A program made the translations under genes and the position numbers. The notes beneath the pieces were generated by a model that searched no databases, had not been told where the DNA came from, and worked only from the letters and a program-made list of their open reading frames with translations. Of a stretch of 64,000 nt of DNA, positions 31,127 to 40,579 are shown in pieces. Position 1 is the stretch's first letter; every line of letters begins with the position of its first letter. The DNA is from Obrimoposthia wandeli (taxonomy: Eukaryota). Location of the stretch: assembly GCA_977020255.1 (NCBI GenBank), contig CDROCS010000253.1, positions 3,906,001-3,970,000 of the forward strand, in the 5' to 3' direction.

Positions 31127-31513
31127 ATGAAAATAAATCAACTATCTAAATTAACCAATGTGCTCAGTAAAACCATTCGCTATTATGAGGACGTTGGTTT
31201 ACTTCCTAAAGCATCTCGCAATAGCAATGGTTATCGAAAGTACAGTTCAATCGATGTCGATAACTTGATTTTTATTCGTCGATGTCGAGAGCTACAAATT
31301 CCTCTTGAGAAAATAAAAATATTGATACAAGTACAAACAGACACAACATCATCGTGCAGTGAGGTAGATCTGCTTATTGAGCAACAATTGGATAATGTTC
31401 GTAAGACGATAAACGAGTTGTCATTATTAGAGAAAACGCTACATACGTTAGCAAAGTCTTGTTCAAATGATATTGTTGGGGAATGTGAAATATTGAAAAA
31501 TTTAAAGCAATAA
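31127..31513 (+). CDS. MerR-family metal regulator (ZntR/CadR/PbrR-like)
   Basis: TIRYYEDVGLL HTH and three Cys (SSCSEV, KSC, GECEIL). Start at 31127; the track start overlaps the -10 box. Confidence 0.88.
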   Translation: MKINQLSKLTNVLSKTIRYYEDVGLLPKASRNSNGYRKYSSIDVDNLIFIRRCRELQIPLEKIKILIQVQTDTTSSCSEVDLLIEQQLDNVRKTINELSLLEKTLHTLAKSCSNDIVGECEILKNLKQ

Positions 31514-31521
31514 ATTTACTC

Positions 31522-31560
31522 ATAGTCATTCTATGGTTTGATTATTTAACGCGGTATAAA
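31522..31560 (-). repeat. Internal fragment of type 1 MITE
   Basis: Matches 38586-38625 with one indel and one substitution. Confidence 0.7.
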
Positions 31561-31670
31561 CAGGTTATTGAAGTGTTTTATCAGAGAGATGAATGGTGGA
31601 TTATTTAAGTGAAAACAGGCAACAATGAAAATCATCACCTGTTGTTCTCTAGGAAATATTAGTTGTTTAT

Positions 31671-32873
31671 TTACTCAGGTAAACCAAAAGTATCTACAAC
31701 GTAATCGAGATCTTTATCTCCTCGACCGCTTAAATTAACCAGTACCGATTTTTCTGGGAATTTCTGCGCAAGCTTCATAGCGTAAGCAACCGCATGGGCA
31801 CTTTCTAAAGCAGGGATAATGCCTTCTAATCGACTCAATTCATAAAATGCATCAATACACTCTTTATCCGTAATGCTATCGTAGGTCACTTTATTTAAGT
31901 CTTTTAGCATACTGTGCTCCGGACCTACGCCAGGGTAATCAAGACCACTGGCAATAGAATGCACTGGTGCTGGTTCACCATTTTCATCTTGTAGGATATA
32001 ACATTTAAAACCATGGATAAGACCAGGTTTACCGAGAGTCATCGTGGCCGCATGTTCTCCCATTTTAAAAGACTTGCCGGCAGGCTCAATACCAAACAAT
32101 TGAGTTTCATCATCTTCTAAAAAGGATGAGAAAATTCCCATCGCGTTACTACCGCCGCCAATGCAAGCAACAACGCTGTCAGGTAACTCACCTGTCATAT
32201 CAAAAAATTGTTCCCTCGCTTCAATGCCAATAACACGTTGAAAATCACGCACTATCATTGGAAACGGATGTGGACCTACAACTGATCCTATACAATAAAT
32301 GGTTGAAATAGGGTCTTTAAGGTACGCTTCAAAAGCACTATCTACTGCTTCTTTTAACGTTTTTAAGCCATGAGTTACGGGAATAACAGTTGCCCCTAAT
32401 ACTTTCATGCGCAGTACATTAGGGTACTCTTTCTTAATATCAACTTCGCCCATATGAATTTCGCACTCTAAGCCAAAATAAGCCGCTGCGGTAGCCAATG
32501 CAACACCATGTTGTCCTGCGCCCGTTTCCGCGATGAGCTTCTTTTTACCTAAGTGTTTAGCAAGTAAGGCTTCGCCCATACAATGATTTAACTTATGAGC
32601 ACCAGTATGATTTAAGTCTTCTCTTTTTAAATAAATTTGTCCACCATATTTTTCTGATAAGCGTTGGCAATGATAAACAGGGGTAGGACGGCCTTGATAA
32701 TATTTTCTAATATCACGAAGCTCTGAAATAAATTTATGCGACTTACTGATAGCAAAGTAAGCATCGTTAATTTTTTTCATTTCGTCTTCTAGATTTGGAG
32801 GAATAAAGGCACCACCATATTCATTAAAAAATCCATCTTTGTTCGGGTACTTTTTAAAATAATTCTCTTTCAT
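31671..32873 (-). CDS. trpB: Stand-alone tryptophan synthase beta-chain paralog
   Basis: [13 protein letters not shown] (PLP Lys), [27 protein letters not shown] and LSGRGDKD; no trpA adjacent. Confidence 0.88.
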   Translation of the reverse strand: MKENYFKKYPNKDGFFNEYGGAFIPPNLEDEMKKINDAYFAISKSHKFISELRDIRKYYQGRPTPVYHCQRLSEKYGGQIYLKREDLNHTGAHKLNHCMGEALLAKHLGKKKLIAETGAGQHGVALATAAAYFGLECEIHMGEVDIKKEYPNVLRMKVLGATVIPVTHGLKTLKEAVDSAFEAYLKDPISTIYCIGSVVGPHPFPMIVRDFQRVIGIEAREQFFDMTGELPDSVVACIGGGSNAMGIFSSFLEDDETQLFGIEPAGKSFKMGEHAATMTLGKPGLIHGFKCYILQDENGEPAPVHSIASGLDYPGVGPEHSMLKDLNKVTYDSITDKECIDAFYELSRLEGIIPALESAHAVAYAMKLAQKFPEKSVLVNLSGRGDKDLDYVVDTFGLPE

Positions 32874-33188
32874 TTTATTCCTTTATGATTATGGGAAGAA
32901 TAAAAATAATAACCAGCGATAAAAGATACCGCAAGGATAAATCTGCCGATTATCCCAATCTACATCAAATAAACGGGAAAGAATTCATGATGCAATAAAA
33001 TCAGAACAAATCCTTTGAAATTTACGAGGGTATTTTGATGAAATATAGGTTATCTCAACAGTTGTTCTTTCCACCCACCCCCTAAAAATCAGCTTAATAA
33101 GAGGGTGCAATTACAGTGTTTTAGCAAAATAGTAGCTGCATTAAATGAGTAGCTCACAGTAAAATACAAAAAATGACTACTTTTACTT

Positions 33189-33238
33189 TTAATTAAAACA
33201 ATTACCTTGTGTTGAATCAAAGTAATTGTTTTAATTAA
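33189..33238. promoter_or_regulatory. Perfect 17-bp inverted repeat upstream of the DUF1538 operon
   Basis: TTAATTAAAACAATTAC-N16-GTAATTGTTTTAATTAA, followed by TATAAT at 33242-33247. Confidence 0.55.
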
Positions 33239-33276
33239 TTTTATAATATTAGGTAATCCCCATTAATTTATTATTT

Positions 33277-34014
33277 ATGAATCATCAGTTTATCGTTTTT
33301 CTAAAAGCATTATTAGGTAGTTGTAAAGACTTGCTACCCATTATCCTCGTTATTGCATTTTTTCAATTTGCCGTACTGCAACAACCCATGCCTAATATTG
33401 GCGATATTTTAGTTGGCCTGGCATTAGTTGTCCTAGGTTTAACCTTCTTTATTTACGGTTTAGAAATGGGCTTATTTCCCATTGGTGAATCAATGGCGCA
33501 AGCATTCGCCAAAAAAGGCAGCATTAGCTGGTTACTGACTTTTGCCTTTTGTTTGGGATTTGGCACAACGGTGGCTGAGCCTTCATTAATCGCTGTCGCA
33601 AAAGAAGCGGCCATTGTTGCAGCATCAGGTGGAATCATTGCTGATACGTTAGAATCACAACTTTCTTATGCCAATGGTTTACGTTTTACCGTTGCCTTTG
33701 CTGTTGGTTTTGCCATTGTTATTGGTGTATTACGTATACTTCGTGGTTGGCCTATACAATATTTAATTCTGGGCGGTTATGTTGTTGTGGTATTGATGAC
33801 ATTAATTGCTCCTAGCTGGATTATTGGTATTGCATACGATTCTGGTGGCGTTACTACGTCAACGATTACCGTTCCTTTAGTAACAGCATTAGGTGTTGGT
33901 TTAGCCTCTGCAATAAAAGGTAGAAACCCGATGATTGACGGCTTTGGTTTGATTGCTTTTGCCTCATTAACACCAATGATTTTTGTGATGATTTACGGCA
34001 TGGTGATCAGTTAA
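33277..34014 (+). CDS. DUF1538 membrane protein A
   Basis: [20 protein letters not shown] and [10 protein letters not shown] signatures. Confidence 0.85.
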   Translation: MNHQFIVFLKALLGSCKDLLPIILVIAFFQFAVLQQPMPNIGDILVGLALVVLGLTFFIYGLEMGLFPIGESMAQAFAKKGSISWLLTFAFCLGFGTTVAEPSLIAVAKEAAIVAASGGIIADTLESQLSYANGLRFTVAFAVGFAIVIGVLRILRGWPIQYLILGGYVVVVLMTLIAPSWIIGIAYDSGGVTTSTITVPLVTALGVGLASAIKGRNPMIDGFGLIAFASLTPMIFVMIYGMVIS

Positions 34015-34841
34015 TGGATTTATTATTTGAGTTTTTAACCACGTTAAAAAATACCGTTATTGATGTTTTACCTATTCTGTCGATAATTTTAGGCTTTCAA
34101 CTGTTGGTTATTCGCAAACCTATTCCGCACATCAAGCAAGTAGGCTTCGGTTTTATTTATGTACTTATTGGTTTAGCGCTGTTTTTGCTTGGTTTAGAAA
34201 AAGCCTTATTTCCGCTCGGAAAAATGATGGCAGAACAGCTAACCGCACCCGAATTTATTCATGCTGGCGAGCAAGTATTAACAAGCATTCATTGGACCGA
34301 TTATAAGTGGGTTTATATTTTTGCCGCCGCTATTGGTTTTAGTACGACCATTGCAGAACCCTCACTTATTGCCGTAGCCCTTAAAGCCGAAGAAGTTTCA
34401 GGTGGTGCTATTAACGCAAATAGCCTGAGGATTTCAGTCGCTATTGGCGTTGCTTTTGGTATCGCTTTAGGGAGCTATCGCATCGTCGTTGGTCACCCTA
34501 TTCATTATTATATTATTGCTGGTTATATTGTTGTGGTCATTCAAACTTTTTATTGTCCTAAGCTTATAGTGCCATTGGCCTATGATTCTGGTGGGGTAAC
34601 AACGTCTACCGTAACCGTTCCTTTAGTTGCGGCTTTGGGGTTAGGTTTAGCCAGTACCATTCCTGGGCGTAGTCCTTTGATTGATGGCTTTGGTTTAATC
34701 GCTTTCGCTAGTTTATGTCCAATCATAGCGGTAATGGCTTATGCACAACTATCTGAAGCCAAAGCACACAGAGTCAATAAAAGATTAGAAAAAAGAAAAA
34801 GAATTAAACAAGAAAAAAAAGATAAACGTAACTTAAATTAA
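34014..34841 (+). CDS. DUF1538 membrane protein B
   Basis: [20 protein letters not shown] and [10 protein letters not shown]; TAATG overlap with gene A; basic C-terminal tail. Confidence 0.85.
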   Translation: MDLLFEFLTTLKNTVIDVLPILSIILGFQLLVIRKPIPHIKQVGFGFIYVLIGLALFLLGLEKALFPLGKMMAEQLTAPEFIHAGEQVLTSIHWTDYKWVYIFAAAIGFSTTIAEPSLIAVALKAEEVSGGAINANSLRISVAIGVAFGIALGSYRIVVGHPIHYYIIAGYIVVVIQTFYCPKLIVPLAYDSGGVTTSTVTVPLVAALGLGLASTIPGRSPLIDGFGLIAFASLCPIIAVMAYAQLSEAKAHRVNKRLEKRKRIKQEKKDKRNLN

Positions 34842-34899
34842 ACAGAAATAACAAGACTTCTTAAATAGTCTACATAAGACAAATAAAACAGGTGATCAC

Positions 34900-35250
34900 A
34901 TGCAATTCAAATTAATTGTTGCCTTTGTTGACGACGCTGTCACAGACGACGTTATGAAAGGCGCAAGAATGGCTGGCGCAACAGGCGCAACCATAATAAA
35001 TAATGCTAGGGGCGAAGGTATAAAGCGCCAACACACTTTTTTTGGCATGCAACTCGAAACACAAAGGGATGTATTACTGTTTGTGGTTGAACAACACTTA
35101 TCAAGAAAAATACTTGAACGAATTAGCAAGATTGCTGGTTTTGATGAAGACCCTGGTAAAGGTATTGCAATTCAATTAAATGTTGAAGATGCGGTAGGCG
35201 TAGCTCATCAAGTAGAGCGCTTAAAAGGTAAAATCGAGGAAGAGCTATGA
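34900..35250 (+). CDS. P-II family signalling protein (non-GlnB/GlnK)
   Basis: GATGAT..ARGEG and B-loop PGKGIA; no uridylylatable Tyr in the T-loop. Confidence 0.82.
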   Translation: MQFKLIVAFVDDAVTDDVMKGARMAGATGATIINNARGEGIKRQHTFFGMQLETQRDVLLFVVEQHLSRKILERISKIAGFDEDPGKGIAIQLNVEDAVGVAHQVERLKGKIEEEL

Positions 35251-35642
35251 GCCATAAGTTTGTACAAGTCAAAGATGTAATGACCACCAATAACTATCAA
35301 TTTGCTGATGGTATGATGACCGTCGCTGAAGGTATTAAATTAGCTAAAGAGCATAATATTAGCGCGTTAATTATTAATAAACGTAATGAACAAGATGAAT
35401 ACGGTTTAGTCATGCTTGCTGATATTGCCAAAGAAGTACTGGCAAAAGATCGTTCACCTGATCGCGTGAACTTATATGAAATAATGACAAAACCTTTGGT
35501 CAGTGTATTACCTGATATGGATGTAAGATATTGCGCACGATTATTTGAGCGTTTAAGTATCCACCTTGCACCTGTTATTGAAAATAAGAATATTATTGGT
35601 ATGGTTGATTATACCAATATGGTTTTTAGCCAAGTTGAATAA
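35247..35642 (+). CDS. CBS-pair protein
   Basis: VKDVMT...EIMTKP tandem CBS; ATGA overlap with the P-II gene. Confidence 0.85.
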   Translation: MSHKFVQVKDVMTTNNYQFADGMMTVAEGIKLAKEHNISALIINKRNEQDEYGLVMLADIAKEVLAKDRSPDRVNLYEIMTKPLVSVLPDMDVRYCARLFERLSIHLAPVIENKNIIGMVDYTNMVFSQVE

Positions 35643-36050
35643 CGTGTACTGAGATAGATAGTTTTTACCGCATTTTTGCCGTAATGTAATGACTCAACAA
35701 TGCTGAAACATCAATCTTATATGATAACGAAAATAACAGTACTCTTAGCAGTCAAATATCCACATTTGATTGCTAATTTTTTGTGTGCCTTTCAATTTTT
35801 AATAAAACTAAACCCTCATAAATAAGCCCCCTTTCCCTTCGCACAACAAGTATCACAAACTTAATGAAAATGGTATTAGTCTTATTTCAATATTTTATAC
35901 TGCCATAAACCGTTCATTTTGTGATTTATACTCCCTTATAGCGATCACTTAGATAACAAGTCAGGCATAAATATTTACAGGCATTGCTCTCTTGTTGGTA
36001 TTTCAATAGTGATGCGATTGGTCAAGTTATAGAAGCGAATAAACGCCCTA

Positions 36051-36064
36051 TTGATCAAGGTCAA
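36051..36064 (+). promoter_or_regulatory. FNR box upstream of the PAS-GGDEF gene
   Basis: TTGAT-caag-GTCAA (1 mismatch). CATAAT at 36087-36092 fits class II spacing. Confidence 0.65.
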
Positions 36065-36132
36065 CATGACAGTGCGAAACTTAATTCATAATAATAAAGC
36101 TCAGTATTGTAGTATCTAAGGGGAGAAATACT

Positions 36133-38175
36133 TTGGAATTTTCTGAAGATGATTTATTTGAACAAGGCCCGGTAGTTTGTTTCACTTGGCAGCTTACGCC
36201 AGGCTGGCCTGTGTTAAAAGTAACAAATAATATTCGTCAATTTGGTTACGAACCAGCGGAGTTCTTATCAAAAAAGTTACTCTTTTCTGAGATATTACAC
36301 CCGGACGATTTAGACCGTATTACTAATGAAATGAGAACATTCTTAGAGGGTGATATCGTTCATTTTGAACAGGATTATCGAATAATCACCAAAAGTGGTG
36401 AGGTTCGCTGGGTCTATGACAAAACGATGCTAAAAAAAGATGTTACAGGGCTGCCAACTCACGCGAAAGGTTATCTGCTCGATATAACGGAGCGCAAGCT
36501 AGCAGAACAGGAACTACGCGAGTCCTCAGAAAAATACTATCAGCTCTTTGATAAAAATAAGGCGATTGAGTTACTGATAGATCCCAATACTCAAAAAATC
36601 ATCAAAGCCAATGCTGCTGCTGAAATATTCTACGGCTATAACAAAATAGAATTCAATAACTTATCTATCAGCGATATCAATGTACTGTCAATTGAAACAA
36701 TAGAGGCAGAAATAGAACTAGCACTAAACGAAAAACGTGATTATTTTAATTTTAGACATCAACTTAAAAATGGCGAAATAAGAGATGTTTGTGTCTATTC
36801 AGGGCCTTTAATAATAGCTGGGCGTAAGGTGCTTTATTCAATTATCCATGATATAACAGATCAGCGTCAGGCCGAAAAATCCCTTGTGCAAAGCGAACAA
36901 AAATTTCGCTCTTTTATCGAAACAACCTCAGAAGGATTTTTAATTCTTACAGCACAATTACAGATCAATTTTGCTAATACCGCCATTTGCCAACTAGCAG
37001 GTTATTCATTAGCTGAAATGAGGGGGAAATCGGTATTATATTTCGTCACCTCTGAATCACGTAGTCAATTACGAAAGCAATTGAGTATGGCGCATGCACA
37101 CTCACATCTAGCTGCAGAGTTAATATTACGTCACAAACATGGTCATCACGTGTTTATTCGCTACAAGGCGACAGTGATGGCTGATGGCGCAGGTTTTTTT
37201 ACTTATATTACCGATATTACCGAACGAAAACTGAAAGAAGTTGAACTCAAAACATTAACCAGTGCAATAAAACATAGCGCCAGTTCAATTATTATCACCG
37301 ATAAAAATGGCATTATCGAATACGTTAATCCCCGCTTTTGTGTGGTAACTGGTTACAGTGAGCAAGAAGTTATTGGTCAGACGCCAAGCATAATTAGTAC
37401 CGCGAATACCCAAACAGAGCTACATAACGAATTATGGAAAACTATTCTTGCTGGTGATGATTGGCATGGTGAAACTTATAACTGCACCAAAAATGGTGAG
37501 TTTTATTGGTCGATGATGTCAATTTCACCGATTATGAATGAGGATGGAGAAATCAGTCAGTTTGTTAGTGTTAGTCAGGATATAACTGAGCATAAATCTA
37601 AGCATTTAAAAATGGAAGCATTAGCGCTAAGAGATCCCTTAACAGGTTTAGCAAATCGCCGTTTGTTCGATGATCGCCTTAACCAAGCTATGCAAATTGT
37701 CAGTCGTCAAAACCGAAACGGTATCGGACTTATCATGCTCGATCTTGATCACTTTAAAGATATCAATGATACCTATGGTCATGACGTAGGTGATTTGTTA
37801 TTAAAGGAAGTCGCACGAAAATTACTCTTGTGTACTCGTAGAGAAGATACCGTGTCACGTTTTGGAGGAGACGAGTTTATAATACTGTTACAGGAAGTTA
37901 GTCTCATACTTGATGCTCTACAAGTGGCTGAAAATATTCTTCAGTCTTTATGTGAGCCCATTCATGTAGGCGGTTACACCTTTTCAATCACTTGTAGTCT
38001 AGGTGTTTGTCTTGCACCTCAAGATGGTAATACCTCAACTCAATTATTAAAAGCCGTAGATCTTGCCTTATATCAGGCAAAAATAGCTGGCCGTAATAAT
38101 ATACAGTTATATAACTCAGCGATCCCTCAAATGAGCGACAGCAAAAAGAGTTCCACACAAGTACTTTGTCCCTAG
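36133..38175 (+). CDS. Cytoplasmic diguanylate cyclase (4 PAS + GGDEF)
   Basis: Four PAS/PAC units ending in DIT; RREDTVSRFGGDEF with intact A-site and I-site; TTG start with GGGAG RBS. Confidence 0.9.
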   Translation: MEFSEDDLFEQGPVVCFTWQLTPGWPVLKVTNNIRQFGYEPAEFLSKKLLFSEILHPDDLDRITNEMRTFLEGDIVHFEQDYRIITKSGEVRWVYDKTMLKKDVTGLPTHAKGYLLDITERKLAEQELRESSEKYYQLFDKNKAIELLIDPNTQKIIKANAAAEIFYGYNKIEFNNLSISDINVLSIETIEAEIELALNEKRDYFNFRHQLKNGEIRDVCVYSGPLIIAGRKVLYSIIHDITDQRQAEKSLVQSEQKFRSFIETTSEGFLILTAQLQINFANTAICQLAGYSLAEMRGKSVLYFVTSESRSQLRKQLSMAHAHSHLAAELILRHKHGHHVFIRYKATVMADGAGFFTYITDITERKLKEVELKTLTSAIKHSASSIIITDKNGIIEYVNPRFCVVTGYSEQEVIGQTPSIISTANTQTELHNELWKTILAGDDWHGETYNCTKNGEFYWSMMSISPIMNEDGEISQFVSVSQDITEHKSKHLKMEALALRDPLTGLANRRLFDDRLNQAMQIVSRQNRNGIGLIMLDLDHFKDINDTYGHDVGDLLLKEVARKLLLCTRREDTVSRFGGDEFIILLQEVSLILDALQVAENILQSLCEPIHVGGYTFSITCSLGVCLAPQDGNTSTQLLKAVDLALYQAKIAGRNNIQLYNSAIPQMSDSKKSSTQVLCP

Positions 38176-38309
38176 CATCACCGTTATTGATATACATCAG
38201 GTGCAAGTTTATTAACCCAAAACAGAGTCACTTTATCCCGTACTTGTTATTGTTGGTAAACCCGAATATTATTTCTATTGTCATCGAATAAAACGTAATA
38301 AGTAACTAT

Positions 38310-39222
38310 ATGAGCCCACTTAACTCTAATCACCTATTTTATTTCTATGCTGTGGCGACTGAAGGTAGTATCACCAAAGCCAGTGTTAGATTGAATTTGA
38401 CACCACAAACAATAAGTGGGCAGATTACCAGTTTTAAAAGCCAAATTGGGGTCAAATTATTTGATCGTAAAGGAAAGAAACTACACCTTTCAGAAATGGG
38501 GACCATGATATATACCCACTCCACTTGAAGAGGCAGGATTCAGCTGGAATTATAAAGGCCTTTAGGCAAGGCAAATAATTTAAGAATAGTCATTTCTATG
38601 GTTTGATTATTTAACGCCGTATAAAGTCATTTTAAACCCATCGAAGAAGCGCTTGAGCAACATCACTTCATCGTTGCTATGACTTATAAGGACGCTACAT
38701 GGATGTAGCTTATTAGAGAATGCAGGAGCACATTCTCCTGAACAACCATTATTTCATCACAGCGCCTTGAATTGAAATAGCTCAAACACTCTGAAACATG
38801 CATCTTGATTGGTAACGGGTATATAACTATGCTGAAGAAATTTTCCAGTTGGGTGATGAAATAAAATATATTTTAAAAAGGCAGCAACCCGAACTATGGC
38901 AAACCTTACAGTAGGTATAACAGACGTAATACCTAAAGTATTAGCTCATCAACTCCTTGCACCGGTATTAAAAATGAAAAACCGTGTACGTTTGATCTGT
39001 GTTGAAGGTGATCAAAATAGTCTCTTGGCAGATTTAGCGGTTAATAAATTAGACTGTATATTAACCGACCAACCACTGCAGATGGGGAGTCATGTCAAAG
39101 CTTACAATCATTTACTTGTTGAAAGTGGTTTTACCTTCTTCTTGAATCTATCACTAATTGGCCATATATTGCTGTCTCTTTGCCTACATAGTTATGACCT
39201 TTATCAAATGTTTAAAAAGTAA
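38310..39222 (+). pseudogene. nhaR: nhaR-like LysR regulator, disrupted
   Basis: NHLFYFYAVATEGS...LTPQTISGQ resembles NhaR. MITE insertion at 38511-38823, a 1-bp deletion near 38907, and loss of similarity after ESGFTFF. Confidence 0.85.
38511..38823 (-). mobile_element. ERIC-like MITE type 1, diverged, inserted in nhaR
   Basis: TATACCC...GGGTATA ends; removing it and one TA restores the nhaR frame. Confidence 0.9.
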
Positions 39223-39414
39223 TAACTCTCTACTTTGACACGCAAGGTAAGCTTAATTTAGCATGAAGGATTGATAGTATATATTCGAATATTCATGATG
39301 TTTTATTCGTATTTTACGAAGATTAATATTTGATACTGGCTAAAATAAATGGCTACTTATAGAAATAAAAAAGCCGCTATAATCCGCTAAAAACAGAGGG
39401 TAAAATAGCGAGTG

Positions 39415-39885
39415 TTATTTTTCCGACGTTATATTCTCATTAGAAGGAAAGTTTTTTTTCTTTATTAACCAGTACGTTACTCCTAAAGAAATAGTTACTA
39501 AAGCAAGACCTATAATTTGTTCCGCAGAAACAAGTTTGAGATCTAAGACGATAATTTTACGTGCCACAGCCATCAATGCAGTAGCAACAACCAACTCTAC
39601 CGGGATAACATTTGACCCTAAATATAAGCGAATGTTGATAAAAATTTCAACGGCTATCAACACAACCATAAAAGCACCAAAAGTCTGTAAAATATCTTCT
39701 ACATCTAAGAGGAAATAGGGAGGAGTAGACAATTTTAAATAGAGAACATAGACAACATCAGCAATACTCCAATAGATAACTAATACCATCAATAAGGCAA
39801 GTATTCTGATGGCAAATCGAATAGTTCGATGTAATACCTTTAACAATGGATCTGAGTGATTTTCAGGGAGTTCTTCGTGTTTCAT
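39415..39885 (-). CDS. PsiE-family membrane protein
   Basis: VLIAVEIF and LVVATALMAVARKIIVLD. Start moved to MKHEE with a GAGG RBS. Confidence 0.8.
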   Translation of the reverse strand: MKHEELPENHSDPLLKVLHRTIRFAIRILALLMVLVIYWSIADVVYVLYLKLSTPPYFLLDVEDILQTFGAFMVVLIAVEIFINIRLYLGSNVIPVELVVATALMAVARKIIVLDLKLVSAEQIIGLALVTISLGVTYWLIKKKNFPSNENITSEK

Positions 39886-39906
39886 AGTATTTCCTCTTGG
39901 CCTATA

Positions 39907-39934
39907 TATAGCCACCCCACTTGAAGTTGCGCGT
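39907..39934 (+). repeat. Degenerate solo end of type 1 MITE
   Basis: TATAGCCACCCCACTTGAAGTTGCGCGT versus TATACCCGCCCCACTTGAAAGTGCTCGT at 24993. Confidence 0.55.
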
Positions 39935-40047
39935 GACTTGGCTATAAAGATAAGCGTATTTATAAAGCTAGCTCATTTTTTCTGTCAAACGAACGTGCTT
40001 ACATTAACGTAGTCAGTTCGGGTGATAATGCTATGGCGTCATAAAAA

Positions 40048-40491
40048 CTAGCAAATTGCCGCTAACATAGGCTGTCCTAATTCAATATACGCATTTGCCT
40101 CTTCACTAATGCTTTTCAATTTAAGATGATCAGCAAAGCCAAGTCGTGCACTCATAACTAACCAAAATATAGCACTAATGAAGCCTGCAATGCGCCATAC
40201 TGTCGACTTTGCCCATTTAAGTGCCAAAGTAATAGAGAGTACATAGAATACAAAACCTGCTAATTTGGATGATGCCCAACCATTCAAAAACGGATACAAA
40301 TTTAGTGGATTAACTACCACTAAATAAAGAAAGGTACAAATAAAGAGCGTATATAAAATATGTGGCCCAATCTTGAGCAGTTTATTATTTACTTTGTCAG
40401 ACCCTTTCATCGTTAACACAAAGTTAATGATAAAAAAGATAAACGTTAGCGCTATGATGGTCAGGTGGGTGTGTTTAATTATCATGTACAT
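40048..40491 (-). CDS. SirB2-family membrane protein
   Basis: IKHTHL, KIGPHILYT and W..SKL motifs. Confidence 0.7.
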   Translation of the reverse strand: MYMIIKHTHLTIIALTFIFFIINFVLTMKGSDKVNNKLLKIGPHILYTLFICTFLYLVVVNPLNLYPFLNGWASSKLAGFVFYVLSITLALKWAKSTVWRIAGFISAIFWLVMSARLGFADHLKLKSISEEANAYIELGQPMLAAIC

Positions 40492-40579
40492 GTCGTAGGT
40501 TCCTAAAATTTATTGTTTATTGAATACGTAAGCTGTCAGCATATAGTTTGTTTGAGAGCGAAAAATCACTCCCAAACAT

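Noticed and set aside
32874-33276. trp attenuator upstream of the orphan trpB
   Set aside because: No short ORF with in-frame tandem TGG codons on the minus strand.
35700-35825. 41-codon small ORF (MLKHQSY...)
   Set aside because: No RBS or recognisable motif; the length is expected by chance.
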